DNA from: Candidatus Nanohalobium sp.
GTDB lineage: Archaea > Nanohalarchaeota > Nanosalinia > Nanosalinales > Nanosalinaceae
Assembly: GCA_042217555.1 (NCBI GenBank)
Contig: JBDGSL010000001.1
Coordinates: 1 to 52,003 of the forward strand
Length of the DNA stretch: 52,003 nt
Direction of reading: 5' to 3'
The notes below the pieces were generated by a model that was not told the origin of the DNA, did not search any database, and saw only the letters and a program-made list of their open reading frames with translations. Of this stretch, positions 30,450 through 40,306 are shown piece by piece. A program made the position numbers and the translations under genes. Numbering within the stretch: position 1 is the first letter of the stretch; each line of letters begins with the position of its first letter.

Positions 30450-30998
30450 ATGGTTGATGAAGACGATATCGAAATTCAGAACGTGGTGGCATCCGCGACC
30501 TTCGACCAGAGGCTTCCTCTGGACAGGATCGCGATCTATCTTGAAAACACCGAATACGAGCCAGAGCAGTTCCCGGGACTCGTCTACAGGTTGAAGGAAC
30601 CTAAGGCAGCAGCACTCCTGTTCGGCTCAGGAAAAGTAGTGTGTACCGGTACAAAAAGCCCTGAACAGGCGAAAGAAGCAACACACAAGATAATTGACGA
30701 ACTGGAAGAAGCAGACGTCGAGATCGGAAACAAGCCAGAAGTAACAGTCCAGAACATCGTAGCATCCTCAGAACTAGGTGCAAACCTGAACCTGAACAGG
30801 ATCGCATTCGAACTGGTTGGAACAGAGTACGAACCGGAACAGTTCCCCGGACTCGTCTACAGGCTTGACGAACCGAAAGTAGTCTTCCTGCTCTTCAGCT
30901 CAGGCAACCTGGTCTGTACAGGAGGCAGAACCTATGAAGACGTCCAGGAAGGGATCGCCACACTCGAAGAGAACCTGGAAGAAATCGGAGCACTTTAA
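30450..30998 (+). CDS. tbp: TATA-box binding protein
   Basis: Two repeats of NVVAS...EYEPEQFPGLVYR. Confidence 0.98.
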   Translation: MVDEDDIEIQNVVASATFDQRLPLDRIAIYLENTEYEPEQFPGLVYRLKEPKAAALLFGSGKVVCTGTKSPEQAKEATHKIIDELEEADVEIGNKPEVTVQNIVASSELGANLNLNRIAFELVGTEYEPEQFPGLVYRLDEPKVVFLLFSSGNLVCTGGRTYEDVQEGIATLEENLEEIGAL

Positions 30999-31412
30999 AG
31001 TCTCTTCATTTTTCTCTTACTTTCCTAACTATGTCATCTTTCTACGCAGCCGCGGCGCGATTATTGAAAACAAGGACGGAGAGATACTGATGGTTCAAGA
31101 GGCGAAAGATCATATCCATAAAAAGTGGGACCTACCTGGCGGCGGCTGGGAAGATGGCGAATCAGTCATCGAATGTGTAGAAAAAGAAGTGCTAGAAGAG
31201 ACAGGTTACAGAATAGATGTAACAGGATTTCTAGGCGTCTACAAGGGAGAAAGCATGGATGACGGCACTGAAGTCATCGTTTTCATGTTCGTAGCTAAGC
31301 CAGTAAATAAGGAAACCGAGGACCTTGAAGAAGATATACTTCAGGAGAAGTGGTTCACTCCAGAAGAAATACCGAACCTAGACCTGAGAAAAGATAACAG
31401 GGAAAGAGATGA

Positions 31413-31580
31413 GTAAACTACTCCTACCTTACTCACTTGGTTCGTGAGGACGGAGCTTTCGAGTGTTCTCAGCTTCTAACGTCCTTGCGACATCAGCTTC
31501 ATAGTTCCTCGAATTATCTTTGGGCAGGTTTACAGGGCTACCCGCTAAACTCTTGGTCTCCATATAGGAGCGAGTTACAT
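31413..31580 (-). ncRNA. Putative stand-alone TnpB omegaRNA (reRNA) scaffold
   Basis: Same stem order as the 3' RNA of tnpB at 40.5-41.6 kb: TATAT-loop stem, stem with loop GTAAAC complementary to terminal GTTTAC, then RE hairpin; 5' end approximate. Confidence 0.7.
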
Positions 31581-31688
31581 CAACAAATAAGTATTACAAG
31601 TTTTTTATGTGTTTTTGTTTTGGGCGATTCCTCCCGCTACCTTGATTTCCAAAACGGAAATCGAGGAATGGGACTCCCTCGCCTAAAA
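31413..31688 (-). mobile_element. Non-autonomous 276-bp IS200/IS605 mini-element: LE + promoter-like region + omegaRNA/RE
   Basis: Minus strand LE GGCGAGGGAGTCCCATTCCTCG...AAGGTAGCGGGAGGAATCGCC; RE GAAAGCTCCGTCCTCAC...TAAGGTAGGAGTAGTTTAC, closely matching the RE at 41586-41637. Confidence 0.85.
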
Positions 31689-31743
31689 GTTGAAAGGTAC
31701 CAGAAAGAAGAACCTGGCTCACTGGACCTTCTCTGGAACGACC

Positions 31744-32211
31744 TTAATCTTCTAAACTCTGAATAGCTCTTTTACCAGCATCCCGAATATACTGAGGGAT
31801 GTCGTATTCCTCACTTTCCAGCTCTTTTACTGTGAACCACTTCATACCATCATGTTCGTGGCCATGTGTGGCCTCATTCTCTTCCTGAATCCTGGCGAGG
31901 TAGAGGTGATCGAGGTGCCAGTGACCCTCCTCGATTCTATGCAGGTTGACGTTGAAAGGCCTAGGAATATCGATGAACTCTTCCTCAACCACACCGGAGG
32001 AATGCTGCAGCTCGACTTCTAAACCTGTTTCCTCCAGTGTTTCTCTCTTTGCTGTTTCACCTGGAGTCTCTCTTTCCTCCACGTGGCCACCAGGCGCCAG
32101 CCAGAGATCGTACTTTCCATGATCGATAAGCAGAAGTTTATTATCTCTGACGATGAGGCAGCCAGCGACAAAGTCTCTCCTTGCGTCTTCAGGAACCCTT
32201 AGTTTTGTCAT
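31744..32211 (-). CDS. Nudix hydrolase
   Basis: WLAPGGHVEERETPGETAKRETLEETG; HWHLDHLY. Confidence 0.9.
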   Translation of the reverse strand: MTKLRVPEDARRDFVAGCLIVRDNKLLLIDHGKYDLWLAPGGHVEERETPGETAKRETLEETGLEVELQHSSGVVEEEFIDIPRPFNVNLHRIEEGHWHLDHLYLARIQEENEATHGHEHDGMKWFTVKELESEEYDIPQYIRDAGKRAIQSLED

Positions 32212-32283
32212 GTGAGGTATTTGTCGGGAGAGTTTGAAGATGTTTCCCAAAGTTTAAGTAAACTTTGTACACATTGTATACGT

Positions 32284-32574
32284 ATGACGAGTGTTTCGGC
32301 CCGGATACCGGAATCCCTGGAAGAGGAGCTTGACAGGTTTATCGACGAGGAAAAGCTGGACAGAAGTACCGCTGTTCGCAAACTGCTTTCAGAAGGCATC
32401 GAGGAGTGGAAGAAGGAGAAAGCACTGGATATGCTGGAGTCTGGCGAAGTCAGCTTTTCCAGGGCCGCTGAGATCGCGGACATGGACCTGTGGAAGTTTT
32501 CCGATCTTGTGAAGGATAAGAAGATAACCTGGGTAAAGGACGACAGAGCCAGGGATGATCTAGAGGCTGTCTGA
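32284..32574 (+). CDS. UPF0175-family antitoxin (RHH + HTH)
   Basis: SVSARIP...DRSTAVRKLL...GEVSFSRAAEIADM. Confidence 0.85.
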   Translation: MTSVSARIPESLEEELDRFIDEEKLDRSTAVRKLLSEGIEEWKKEKALDMLESGEVSFSRAAEIADMDLWKFSDLVKDKKITWVKDDRARDDLEAV

Positions 32575-32575
32575 G

Positions 32576-33061
32576 ATGCTGGTCTTCGACGCCACACCTC
32601 TAATCTATCTGGCGAAGGCCGAGAAACTTGAGGAAGTAGATGAAATGGAAGGCAAGAAGTTGGTTCCGGAGAAAGTATATAGAGAAGTCGTTGAAGAGGC
32701 CGAAGGAGAGCCGGACGCAGAGAGGATTGAGAAGGCAGTTGAAGATGATATATTCGAGATAGTTTCTGCAGAGGTTGAGGAAGATACTGACTTCCTCAGC
32801 GACGCCGACCTGCAGGTTCTGAAAGTTGCGGAGCAAAGGGATGCAGTTGCTGTGATGGACGAGGAAAACGGCAGGAACGTCGCGGACATCCGAGGCATCG
32901 AGACGCGTGGGACAGCGTTTATAGTTCTCAGGATGCAGAAGAGAAAAGTAATCTCAGAGGAAGAAGCAAAGGAAACCGTTGACAGCATGATAGATGAGGG
33001 GTGGTACTGTTCCACCGACCTCTACAAGGAGATAATTAATAAAATTGGGGAGTTAAGCTAG
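32576..33061 (+). CDS. DUF3368-family PIN-domain toxin
   Basis: VFDATPLIYLAK, VPEKVYREV, MDEENGR..A...GI...GT. Confidence 0.85.
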   Translation: MLVFDATPLIYLAKAEKLEEVDEMEGKKLVPEKVYREVVEEAEGEPDAERIEKAVEDDIFEIVSAEVEEDTDFLSDADLQVLKVAEQRDAVAVMDEENGRNVADIRGIETRGTAFIVLRMQKRKVISEEEAKETVDSMIDEGWYCSTDLYKEIINKIGELS

Positions 33062-33363
33062 CTCCATTTGATCTCTCCTACTTTCTGTTCGATGTCTTCT
33101 GCCAGTTCGAAGTCTCTCTGGGTTATGGCTTCTGCGTCATGGCTCCAGAGGTCGATCTCGACTGCTCCGTACTCTACCCGAATCTCGGGATGGTGGAAGT
33201 GTGCTTCGGCCAGTGAGAAGACCGTGTTGGCGAAGAAAGCTGCTTCCTTGTAGTTGTTGAACTCTATCCTTGTAACTAGTTTTTCTCCACTGCGGCTCCA
33301 GATCTGTAGATTGTCCAGTTTTTCGTTTACTTCGTCGTCTGAAAGTTTGTCGTCGTTTGCCAT
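33058..33363 (-). CDS. Pterin-4-alpha-carbinolamine dehydratase family protein
   Basis: AEAHFHHPEI...LWSHDAEAITQRDFELA. Confidence 0.9.
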   Translation of the reverse strand: MANDDKLSDDEVNEKLDNLQIWSRSGEKLVTRIEFNNYKEAAFFANTVFSLAEAHFHHPEIRVEYGAVEIDLWSHDAEAITQRDFELAEDIEQKVGEIKWS

Positions 33364-33426
33364 AGTAAAGTTTTTTTCGAGATGGGTTTTCATTATTTTT
33401 TATCATTTGGCGGTGCATCTTTGGAC

Positions 33427-36400
33427 ATGGATTACGGGGAGGCAGTTTCAGACTTTGAAGAGTTTTTCTCCGAGGTATACTTCGAGGAAGTTGTTGAAGC
33501 CGTTAAAGACGGAAAAGACAGTGTCGTGGTAGAGTTCAAACAGTTAGATCGTTTCTCCCCTGAACTCACAGACTACCTGAGAGAAAACCCGGAAAATGCG
33601 GTTGATGCAGCAGAGGAAGGTATACTGAGCCATGAGCAGCTGACAGACGAAGATCTTGCCGTCAGATTTGTCGACATGCCAGAAGAAGACTATGTACTGT
33701 TGAAGAATCTGAGGTCCAAACACATAGGAAAGTTTATACCGGTAGAAGGCATGATAAAGAGGGCTTCCCAGGTCAAACCAGAGGTAGTATCTGCTATATT
33801 CGAATGTACACAGTGTGGAGCCCAGTACGAGAAGGAGCAGGAGTCATCACAGTTAAAGTCACCTTACAAATGTGAAGACTGCGGTGCGAAAACTTTCGAA
33901 CCTGTAGAAAAGATAATGACGGATACACAGATAGTAACGCTTGAGGAAGACCCGGAGTCACGGGAAGGTTCAGAGCAGCCATCCAGTCTTTCTGTAAGAC
34001 TTGAAGGAGACCTGGTAGATCCCGAGTTCCAGAAGAAGATCATACCAGGTAACGTTGTCGAGGTAACCGGCGTCATGAGAGAAAGACCGCTGAAGAAGAA
34101 CTCGAAGAAGTTCGACATCTACATGGAGGCCAACCATGTCGAACCGACAGAACAGGAGTTCGAACAGCTCGAGCTTTCACAGGAAGAGATAGACAGGATA
34201 AAGAAAATGGGAAACCAGGACAACATATTTGAAAAGATAATAAAATCGATTGCTCCAAGTATTCACGGACACGACCGGATAAAAGAAGCTATAGCACTTC
34301 AAATGTTCGGAGGAGTCAAAAAAACACGGGACGACGGAGTAAAAAGCCGTGGAGACATACACATACTGCTTATAGGAGAGCCAGGAACCGGTAAAAGCCA
34401 GTTACTGAAGTTCTCAGGCGAACTATCACCAAAAGGCCGATACGTAGTTGGAAAAAGCTCAACAGGCGCCGGACTAACAGCTTCAGTTGTTAAAGAAGAG
34501 AGCACAGGCGAATTCAGCCTTGAAGCCGGAGCAGTAGTACTTGCAAACAAAGGAATGGCGTCTATCGACGAGATAGACAAGATGGCGGCAGAAGATAGAA
34601 GCTCCCTTCACGAAGCGATGGAGCAGCAGTGTTTTGGACCTGATACCAGCGTTTATCTTCCTGATGGTGCAAAAAAGGATATTTCAGATCTTGTTGACCC
34701 TGCTTTAGAGAGAGGAGAAGTTGTTGAGCAGGAAGATGGCAGGGAAATCGCTGAGGCCGACTTCAGTGTTGTTTCGATGAGTTCGGATGGATTTGGGTTC
34801 GAGGAGTCCGAGATCAGTGTGGTTGGACGTCGTAGGGCACCGGATAAGATGTTTGAACTTGAGTTAGGTACCGGCCGTTCGCTGAATGTTACTCCCGGAC
34901 ATCCTTTCTTTCAAATCCAGGACGGAAAAGTAAATGAGGTCGAGGCAGAGGAACTGAAGGAAGGTGATTTTGTCCTGTCTCCGAGAGAGATGCCTGTTGA
35001 GGGAGAGGAACAGGAACTTGATGATATCAGTGTTGGGGAAGGCCGTAAAGAAGTAGATATCCCGGATCATAACTCTCCTGCACTTGCAAAATTTGTAGGT
35101 TACCAGGTCTCTGACGGTGGCTATGAGCTTAACCAAGGTGAGAAAGCCGGCTTTAACTTCACTAACTCGGATCAGGTTCTACTCGATGACTACACAGACT
35201 GCGTTAACAACCTTTTCGGCGTTGAACCGTATATTAGAGACAGAGATACCAGAAAAGAGGTCCATGTGGCCTCCAGCGAACTGAAGGACTGGCTCCAGGA
35301 ACTCGGGCCTTTACTGGATAAGGGAGAGACCAAGAAGATACCTGAACGGCTTATGAAGTGCCGGAGACAAGAGCTGAAACTGCTTCTGAGATCTTTCTTC
35401 GACGGAGACGGCGAAATCTATGAGACCCAGAGAGGTTACCGTATCAGTGCTGTAGTGGAGAACAGGGAGCTTATAGAACAGGTGCAGGACGTACTGTTGA
35501 GACTGGGGATTCACTCAACCCTGATCGAGGACGAAAACGCGTGGAGGATCGAGATAACCCGGTACGAAGACATCAGGAAGTTCTCGGAACACATCGGATT
35601 CAAACTACCGAAAAAATCACAGAGACTTGAAGAAGCAATCGAAGAGGAGAAGAACTCCAAAGAACCTGTACCCGGCATCAGCTCAAAACTGATGGAGTTG
35701 ACGCAGTCATTGGGCCTCACACAGGACGAGATACCGGCAAACCTTACAGAAGGCCAAACCATCTCAAGAAAGAACGCGCTACACCTGACAAAACACCTGA
35801 AGTCTCAAATAGAGGAAATAGAAGAGACAAAGATATTAAAGGACGTAAAACAGCTCAGGGAAACAAGAGAGAGGTTTGGAGTATCGATGAGGGAAGTGGC
35901 CGAAAGAATAGGAGTGGAGAACTCGCTGGTAGGCTACTGGGAGAAGAACGGCACCGGCAGAACCGATGAGTACAGAGAAGCACTGCAGAAGATACTGGAG
36001 GAGAAGAAGCAGAGAAGGTCAGAGGTCGAAAAACTGGAATCGATGCTGAATAACCTGAGATTTGTCAAGATCAGGGAAATCAAAGAATACAGTCCGGAGC
36101 ACGACTACGTCTACGATCTGACAGTACCGGAGAACAAGAACTTCGTGGCAGAAAACACGGTAGCCCACAACTCCATATCCGTAAACAAGGCCAATATTCA
36201 GGCTACTTTGAATGCTGAGACCTCTATCCTGGCCGCAGGCAATCCAAAGCTTGGACGTTTCGATCCCTACGAGCCGATACCTGAACAGATAAACATCGGA
36301 GATACATTGCTCTCCCGTTTTGACTTCATCTTCCCCGTACTGGACGAGCCGGATGAGGAGAAGGACAAGGAGTTAGCGGATACGATACTTCAGAACCATA

Positions 36401-36960
36401 TCGACCCGGAGGATACTGAGGCAGAGATACCGCAGGAAGAACTGAGGAAGTATATAGCGTATGCACAGAAGAATATCCGTCCCCAGCTGACACAGGAGGC
36501 AAGCGACGAGATACAGGAGTTCTACGTCAACATGCGCTCGAAAGGAGAGGAAGACGGCAGCGTGCCGATAACCGCACGCCAGCTGGAAGCACTGATCAGG
36601 ATAGCCGAAGCCTCAGCACGGGCCCATCTCAGGCAAGAGGTAAAAGTGGAAGACGCGAAGAGAGCAGTCGACCTCCTGACATACACATTGAAACAGGTCG
36701 GAGTAGATCCGGAAACAGGAGACTTCGACATCGACATAATCGAATCAGGCGTATCCAACAGCCAGAGAAACAGGCTGCAGACCATCAAACAGTTAATAGA
36801 CCAGTTAGCAGGAGACGACGACTCAGCAGAGATAGAAGAAGTACTGGAAAATGCAGAAGATGAGGGAATTGAAAAGGAGAAAGCAGAGGAAATAATTGAG
36901 AAACTGAAAAGAGAAGGCGAACTCTTCGAACCTCAGCAGGGCCACATCCAGAAAATATAA
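33427..36960 (+). CDS. mcm: Replicative helicase MCM containing one intein
   Basis: Zn finger, GEPGTGKSQ, GLTASV, IDEIDKM, LLSRFD, TARQLE, C-terminal wH; start MDYGE at 33427. Confidence 0.97.
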   Translation: MDYGEAVSDFEEFFSEVYFEEVVEAVKDGKDSVVVEFKQLDRFSPELTDYLRENPENAVDAAEEGILSHEQLTDEDLAVRFVDMPEEDYVLLKNLRSKHIGKFIPVEGMIKRASQVKPEVVSAIFECTQCGAQYEKEQESSQLKSPYKCEDCGAKTFEPVEKIMTDTQIVTLEEDPESREGSEQPSSLSVRLEGDLVDPEFQKKIIPGNVVEVTGVMRERPLKKNSKKFDIYMEANHVEPTEQEFEQLELSQEEIDRIKKMGNQDNIFEKIIKSIAPSIHGHDRIKEAIALQMFGGVKKTRDDGVKSRGDIHILLIGEPGTGKSQLLKFSGELSPKGRYVVGKSSTGAGLTASVVKEESTGEFSLEAGAVVLANKGMASIDEIDKMAAEDRSSLHEAMEQQCFGPDTSVYLPDGAKKDISDLVDPALERGEVVEQEDGREIAEADFSVVSMSSDGFGFEESEISVVGRRRAPDKMFELELGTGRSLNVTPGHPFFQIQDGKVNEVEAEELKEGDFVLSPREMPVEGEEQELDDISVGEGRKEVDIPDHNSPALAKFVGYQVSDGGYELNQGEKAGFNFTNSDQVLLDDYTDCVNNLFGVEPYIRDRDTRKEVHVASSELKDWLQELGPLLDKGETKKIPERLMKCRRQELKLLLRSFFDGDGEIYETQRGYRISAVVENRELIEQVQDVLLRLGIHSTLIEDENAWRIEITRYEDIRKFSEHIGFKLPKKSQRLEEAIEEEKNSKEPVPGISSKLMELTQSLGLTQDEIPANLTEGQTISRKNALHLTKHLKSQIEEIEETKILKDVKQLRETRERFGVSMREVAERIGVENSLVGYWEKNGTGRTDEYREALQKILEEKKQRRSEVEKLESMLNNLRFVKIREIKEYSPEHDYVYDLTVPENKNFVAENTVAHNSISVNKANIQATLNAETSILAAGNPKLGRFDPYEPIPEQINIGDTLLSRFDFIFPVLDEPDEEKDKELADTILQNHIDPEDTEAEIPQEELRKYIAYAQKNIRPQLTQEASDEIQEFYVNMRSKGEEDGSVPITARQLEALIRIAEASARAHLRQEVKVEDAKRAVDLLTYTLKQVGVDPETGDFDIDIIESGVSNSQRNRLQTIKQLIDQLAGDDDSAEIEEVLENAEDEGIEKEKAEEIIEKLKREGELFEPQQGHIQKI
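34630..36171 (+). mobile_element. Intein (514 aa) with LAGLIDADG homing endonuclease and XRE-like HTH
   Basis: AMEQQ|CFGPDT...VYDLTV...VAHN|SISVNKA; block B TPGHPF; LAGLIDADG-like VGYQVSDG and LRSFFDGDG. Confidence 0.95.
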
Positions 36961-37054
36961 ACCCGTACCACAGAAAAAAACAGTCCGGGGTAAGGCCACG
37001 TGGAGAAACCTTTCACTGAACATATTATTAAGCTTAAACACCTGTATCTCCATT

Positions 37055-37801
37055 ATGCCACAGCAGAAGAGACAGGTCGCAAAACTGACCGACACCAGAG
37101 AACTCAACACCGGAAAATACTTCCAGAGAGAAGGATTCGAACCTAACTTCCTGCTCACACCCAAAGGAAAAAGACTCTCCCGGGGAAGAATAGTTGCGAC
37201 CGTGGTAGACCGGTTTATCAACGACGACGAAACATACGGCTCTCTAACACTCGACGACGGAAAAGACACAGTCCAGATCAAGTTCTTCAACGAACTCGAA
37301 CTCATGGAAGGATTCGAAACCGGCGACATAATCGAAGTAGTCGGAAAAGTCAGAGAATACCAAGGCCAGATCTACCTGGACGGAGAAATCCTCCAGCACA
37401 GGCAACCCGAAGCAGAACTACTCCACCAGCTCAGACTCAAAAAAGAAAGAGAAGAATGGAACCAAATACACGAAACAGTCAAACAGCTGAAAGAATCCGG
37501 CAAAGACCAGGACGAAATAGAAAAAGAGATGGCCGGCAAACTAAACGAAAACGAAGTCGACGCACTGCTACAAAGCTTTGGAGAAAGCTTCGACCAGGCA
37601 GAAACACAGGAAGACCGCGAAAACCTCGAAAGAAAAGTCTTGGAAGCAGTAGAAGACCTGGACGACGGAGAAGGCGCAGACTACGCAGACATAGTCGAAG
37701 ACATCGACGAACCAGAAGACCAACTAGAAGACACAATCAACTCTCTATTATCTGATGGTACCTGCTACGAACCACAACCAGGCAAAATAAAGAAACTGTA
37801 G
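37055..37801 (+). CDS. RPA32-like OB-fold protein with C-terminal winged helix
   Basis: TLDDGKDTV, VVGKVREY OB fold; LLSDGTCYEPQPG wH end. Confidence 0.8.
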   Translation: MPQQKRQVAKLTDTRELNTGKYFQREGFEPNFLLTPKGKRLSRGRIVATVVDRFINDDETYGSLTLDDGKDTVQIKFFNELELMEGFETGDIIEVVGKVREYQGQIYLDGEILQHRQPEAELLHQLRLKKEREEWNQIHETVKQLKESGKDQDEIEKEMAGKLNENEVDALLQSFGESFDQAETQEDRENLERKVLEAVEDLDDGEGADYADIVEDIDEPEDQLEDTINSLLSDGTCYEPQPGKIKKL

Positions 37802-37952
37802 GAAGTCAAAGATGTCGAAAAACTGCAACAGCAACAAAAAAAGTATCCACAGACAGGAAGAGAAGAGTAAAGCCGTGTGAAGGAGAATTAAGTTAACAAC
37901 CCTCTCATCTTCACAATATCAGATTAAAGAATCTTCCCACTAATTCTCATCT

Positions 37953-38351
37953 ATGAACAATTACGACGAACTACTGGAAAAGGGTAAGGAGGAGACTCCT
38001 GATGACTTGGAGAAGGAAGAGCGTTTTGAGATCCCTGAGTTGAAGACTAGGAAGGATGGTTCCAGAACCATTGTTGAGGATTTTTCCTCGGTGGCGGAGA
38101 AGCTTGGACGTGATGAGAAGGTTTTGTCAAACTTTATCCAGAATGAGTTGGGTACTGCCGGGCATATCGAGGGCGGTGAACTGGTTTTGAACGGTGAGTT
38201 CCGTAGAGGTAATGTTCAGGGCCGTCTGGAAAATTACGTGGAGAAACGTGTTTACTGTCCTGAATGTGGAAGTCCTGATACGAAGATCAAGAAAGAGAAG
38301 GAAGTGGAGATTCTGAAGTGTCAGGCCTGTGGAGCCAGAACTCCGCTTTGA
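37953..38351 (+). CDS. eif2b: Translation initiation factor aIF2 beta
   Basis: ERFEIP, ELGTAG, CPECGSPDT...CQACGA. Confidence 0.96.
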   Translation: MNNYDELLEKGKEETPDDLEKEERFEIPELKTRKDGSRTIVEDFSSVAEKLGRDEKVLSNFIQNELGTAGHIEGGELVLNGEFRRGNVQGRLENYVEKRVYCPECGSPDTKIKKEKEVEILKCQACGARTPL

Positions 38352-38484
38352 CAGGGCTTTAGCCATTGTTTTCTTTTCTTTCCGACCTGTCTTTCGCTGG
38401 TTTAAAAAGGTTGGATGTTGTTTGGTTTTTCAGGAGGCTTCGAGCTAGTTGTTTGAGGTTTCCCTTTTCAGAGGTGAATACTTT

Positions 38485-38712
38485 ATGCCAGAACAACCAC
38501 AGGAGATGAACGCTCAGCAGGCAATGCAGATGATGCAGCAGAAACTCGGAAACGTAGAGCTTACAGTACACGCACTTCTTTCCGTACTAGATGAGAAGGA
38601 TGTTATTGACCAGGAAGAAGTCAATGAAGAAGCTCAGGCAATCGTTGAAGAGATGCAGGAGCAGCAGGCCGAAGGCGGCGTTCCGGAAGACCTGGAAGAA
38701 GAACTGGAGTAA
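38485..38712 (+). CDS. Small acidic hypothetical protein
   Basis: GAGGTGA SD upstream of ATG 38485. Confidence 0.7.
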   Translation: MPEQPQEMNAQQAMQMMQQKLGNVELTVHALLSVLDEKDVIDQEEVNEEAQAIVEEMQEQQAEGGVPEDLEEELE

Positions 38713-38754
38713 CTTTCCAGTATAATTTTTTCTCTATTATTTTCTAACCTATTT

Positions 38755-39606
38755 TTAAGTTCTCAGTATCAGCCAGATAAACCCGTAAATGACGTATGTT
38801 ATCAGGCCTATGTATACTGTTTTCTGAAGTATTTCTCTTTTTTCTCTGTACGCCGGTGCAAGCAAGCCAAGGAAGAGTATTATCAGGAAGGTCCTTGATT
38901 CAACGCTCCATTTTTCAAATATCAGTGCTGAGATTGTAAACGCCTGTATAACGGCCAGAGTCTTTTTCCATCCCAGGAATGTTCCAGTCGTTGTTATACC
39001 TGCTTTTCTGTCAGGTTCAAGGTCGAGAAGACTTCCTATGGCGTGGCCTCCGCCTGCAAATACAAGTGAGAACCAGAAGGCTCCTCCGATAACTGAGTCA
39101 AAGGTACCTCCTGCGAGTCCGACACCTAGGGAGAAAGCCAGGTAGGCCATGACTACGTTAGATAGAGAGTCAAGTACAGGGGCGGACTTCAGTCTGGTTG
39201 GTGGAAGAGAGTACATCAGGGCAAGTACTGTAATACCTATGAGGGATGCAGCTGCTGTAACTCCCAGGGTCAGAGAAACTGCGGTTGAGATTATGACCGA
39301 GGCCATAGTAGCGTATTTTGCTATCTCTGATCTTCTGCCTGTGGCTGTTGTTCCCTGCCAGCCTCCTTTCCGAGGGTTCTGTTTATCGGTTTCTCTGTCG
39401 ATGTAGTCATTGGCTCCGAAACCTACGTAACTTATTATGGCAGAGATAAAGACTGTTTTCAATACAAGGACCGGAGTTATACCTGATTCGGATGCGGCTC
39501 CTGCCAGTATCACGAGAGACATCAATGGTATGCCTATCGGCCTGCCTAGTTTCAGTAGAAAGAGAAGGTCATTCCTCGTTATCTTTGAGCGGCGCACATT
39601 CCTCAC
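38755..39606 (-). CDS. UbiA-family prenyltransferase
   Basis: NDYIDRETDKQNPRK, YSLPPTRLK, DLEPDRKAGITT; start uncertain. Confidence 0.88.
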   Translation of the reverse strand: MRNVRRSKITRNDLLFLLKLGRPIGIPLMSLVILAGAASESGITPVLVLKTVFISAIISYVGFGANDYIDRETDKQNPRKGGWQGTTATGRRSEIAKYATMASVIISTAVSLTLGVTAAASLIGITVLALMYSLPPTRLKSAPVLDSLSNVVMAYLAFSLGVGLAGGTFDSVIGGAFWFSLVFAGGGHAIGSLLDLEPDRKAGITTTGTFLGWKKTLAVIQAFTISALIFEKWSVESRTFLIILFLGLLAPAYREKREILQKTVYIGLITYVIYGFIWLILRT

Positions 39607-40273
39607 CTAAAGGACCTTCCTCGCATTTTGGATTTTGTGCCTTGCAGTGTTTTCTGCCGTGTTCGATGAGAAGGCGGTGGAACTCGTATTTTATGTCGTC
39701 GGGAACTTTTTCTTCCAGTATCCTGTGTGTCTTCTTCCTTGATGCGTTTTCCGGTACAAGTCCAAGTCTTTTCGTTACTCTGTGGACGTGAGTATCTACA
39801 GGGAAAGTAGGTTTGTTGAAGTGGAAGCAGAGAATTACTGACGCTGTTTTAGGGCCGATACCAGGGATAGATGTCAGCCAGTTCTTTGCCTCTTCCAGTT
39901 CCATGGACTCCAGGAATTCAATGCTGTAACTGTCTTCCTGTGTTTCGTGATCACTGGATTCCCTGTTGTGTTCTCTTGTTTTTTCCAGTGCTCTCTGAAT
40001 CCTCTCCGCTTTTGTAGGGCCGAGCCCTGCTACACGTATCACGTCTGCAAGGTGTTCGGTACTGTCTTCCTCCAGCTTCTTCCAGTTGTCGCCGTACTCT
40101 TCCTTCAGGTTCCTGAAGGCTTTGTCCCTGTTGATGTCGTTAGTGTTCTGGGAGAGTACGGTTTCTATCAGGTACTCTACTCCTGACATCTCCTCCGGTT
40201 TATCAGGTTCTCCGTAGTACTCCTTAAGCTTTCTGTTTATCCTTCTTATCTTCTCTTCTTCCGTTTCTCCCAT
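39569..40273 (-). CDS. nth: Endonuclease III (HhH-GPD glycosylase)
   Basis: LSQNTND, IPGIGPKTA, FPVDTHVHRV, C-terminal Cys cluster; start MGETE at 40273. Confidence 0.92.
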   Translation of the reverse strand: MGETEEEKIRRINRKLKEYYGEPDKPEEMSGVEYLIETVLSQNTNDINRDKAFRNLKEEYGDNWKKLEEDSTEHLADVIRVAGLGPTKAERIQRALEKTREHNRESSDHETQEDSYSIEFLESMELEEAKNWLTSIPGIGPKTASVILCFHFNKPTFPVDTHVHRVTKRLGLVPENASRKKTHRILEEKVPDDIKYEFHRLLIEHGRKHCKAQNPKCEEGPLGEECAPLKDNEE

Positions 40274-40306
40274 ACAACTTGGATAGTTCACTTTGAGTAA
40301 TTTAAC

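Larger units (their letters stand above)
31031..31766 (+). pseudogene. Nudix hydrolase split by a mini-IS and apparently frameshifted near its start
   Basis: Nudix box GGGWEDGESVIECVEKEVLEETG; ATG 31031 (MSSFYAA) is out of frame with GAIIEN; probable C-terminus VERYQKEEPGSLDLLW... lies beyond the insert (31689-31766). Confidence 0.65.

Noticed and set aside
30526..30900. Direct nucleotide repeat inside tbp (GAACAGTTCCCCGGACTCGTCTACAGG-like, twice)
   Set aside because: Expected from the internal two-fold repeat of TBP.
39925..39980. Possible palindrome-derived insertion in Nth (HNRESSDHETQED)
   Set aside because: No convincing inverted repeat in the DNA.
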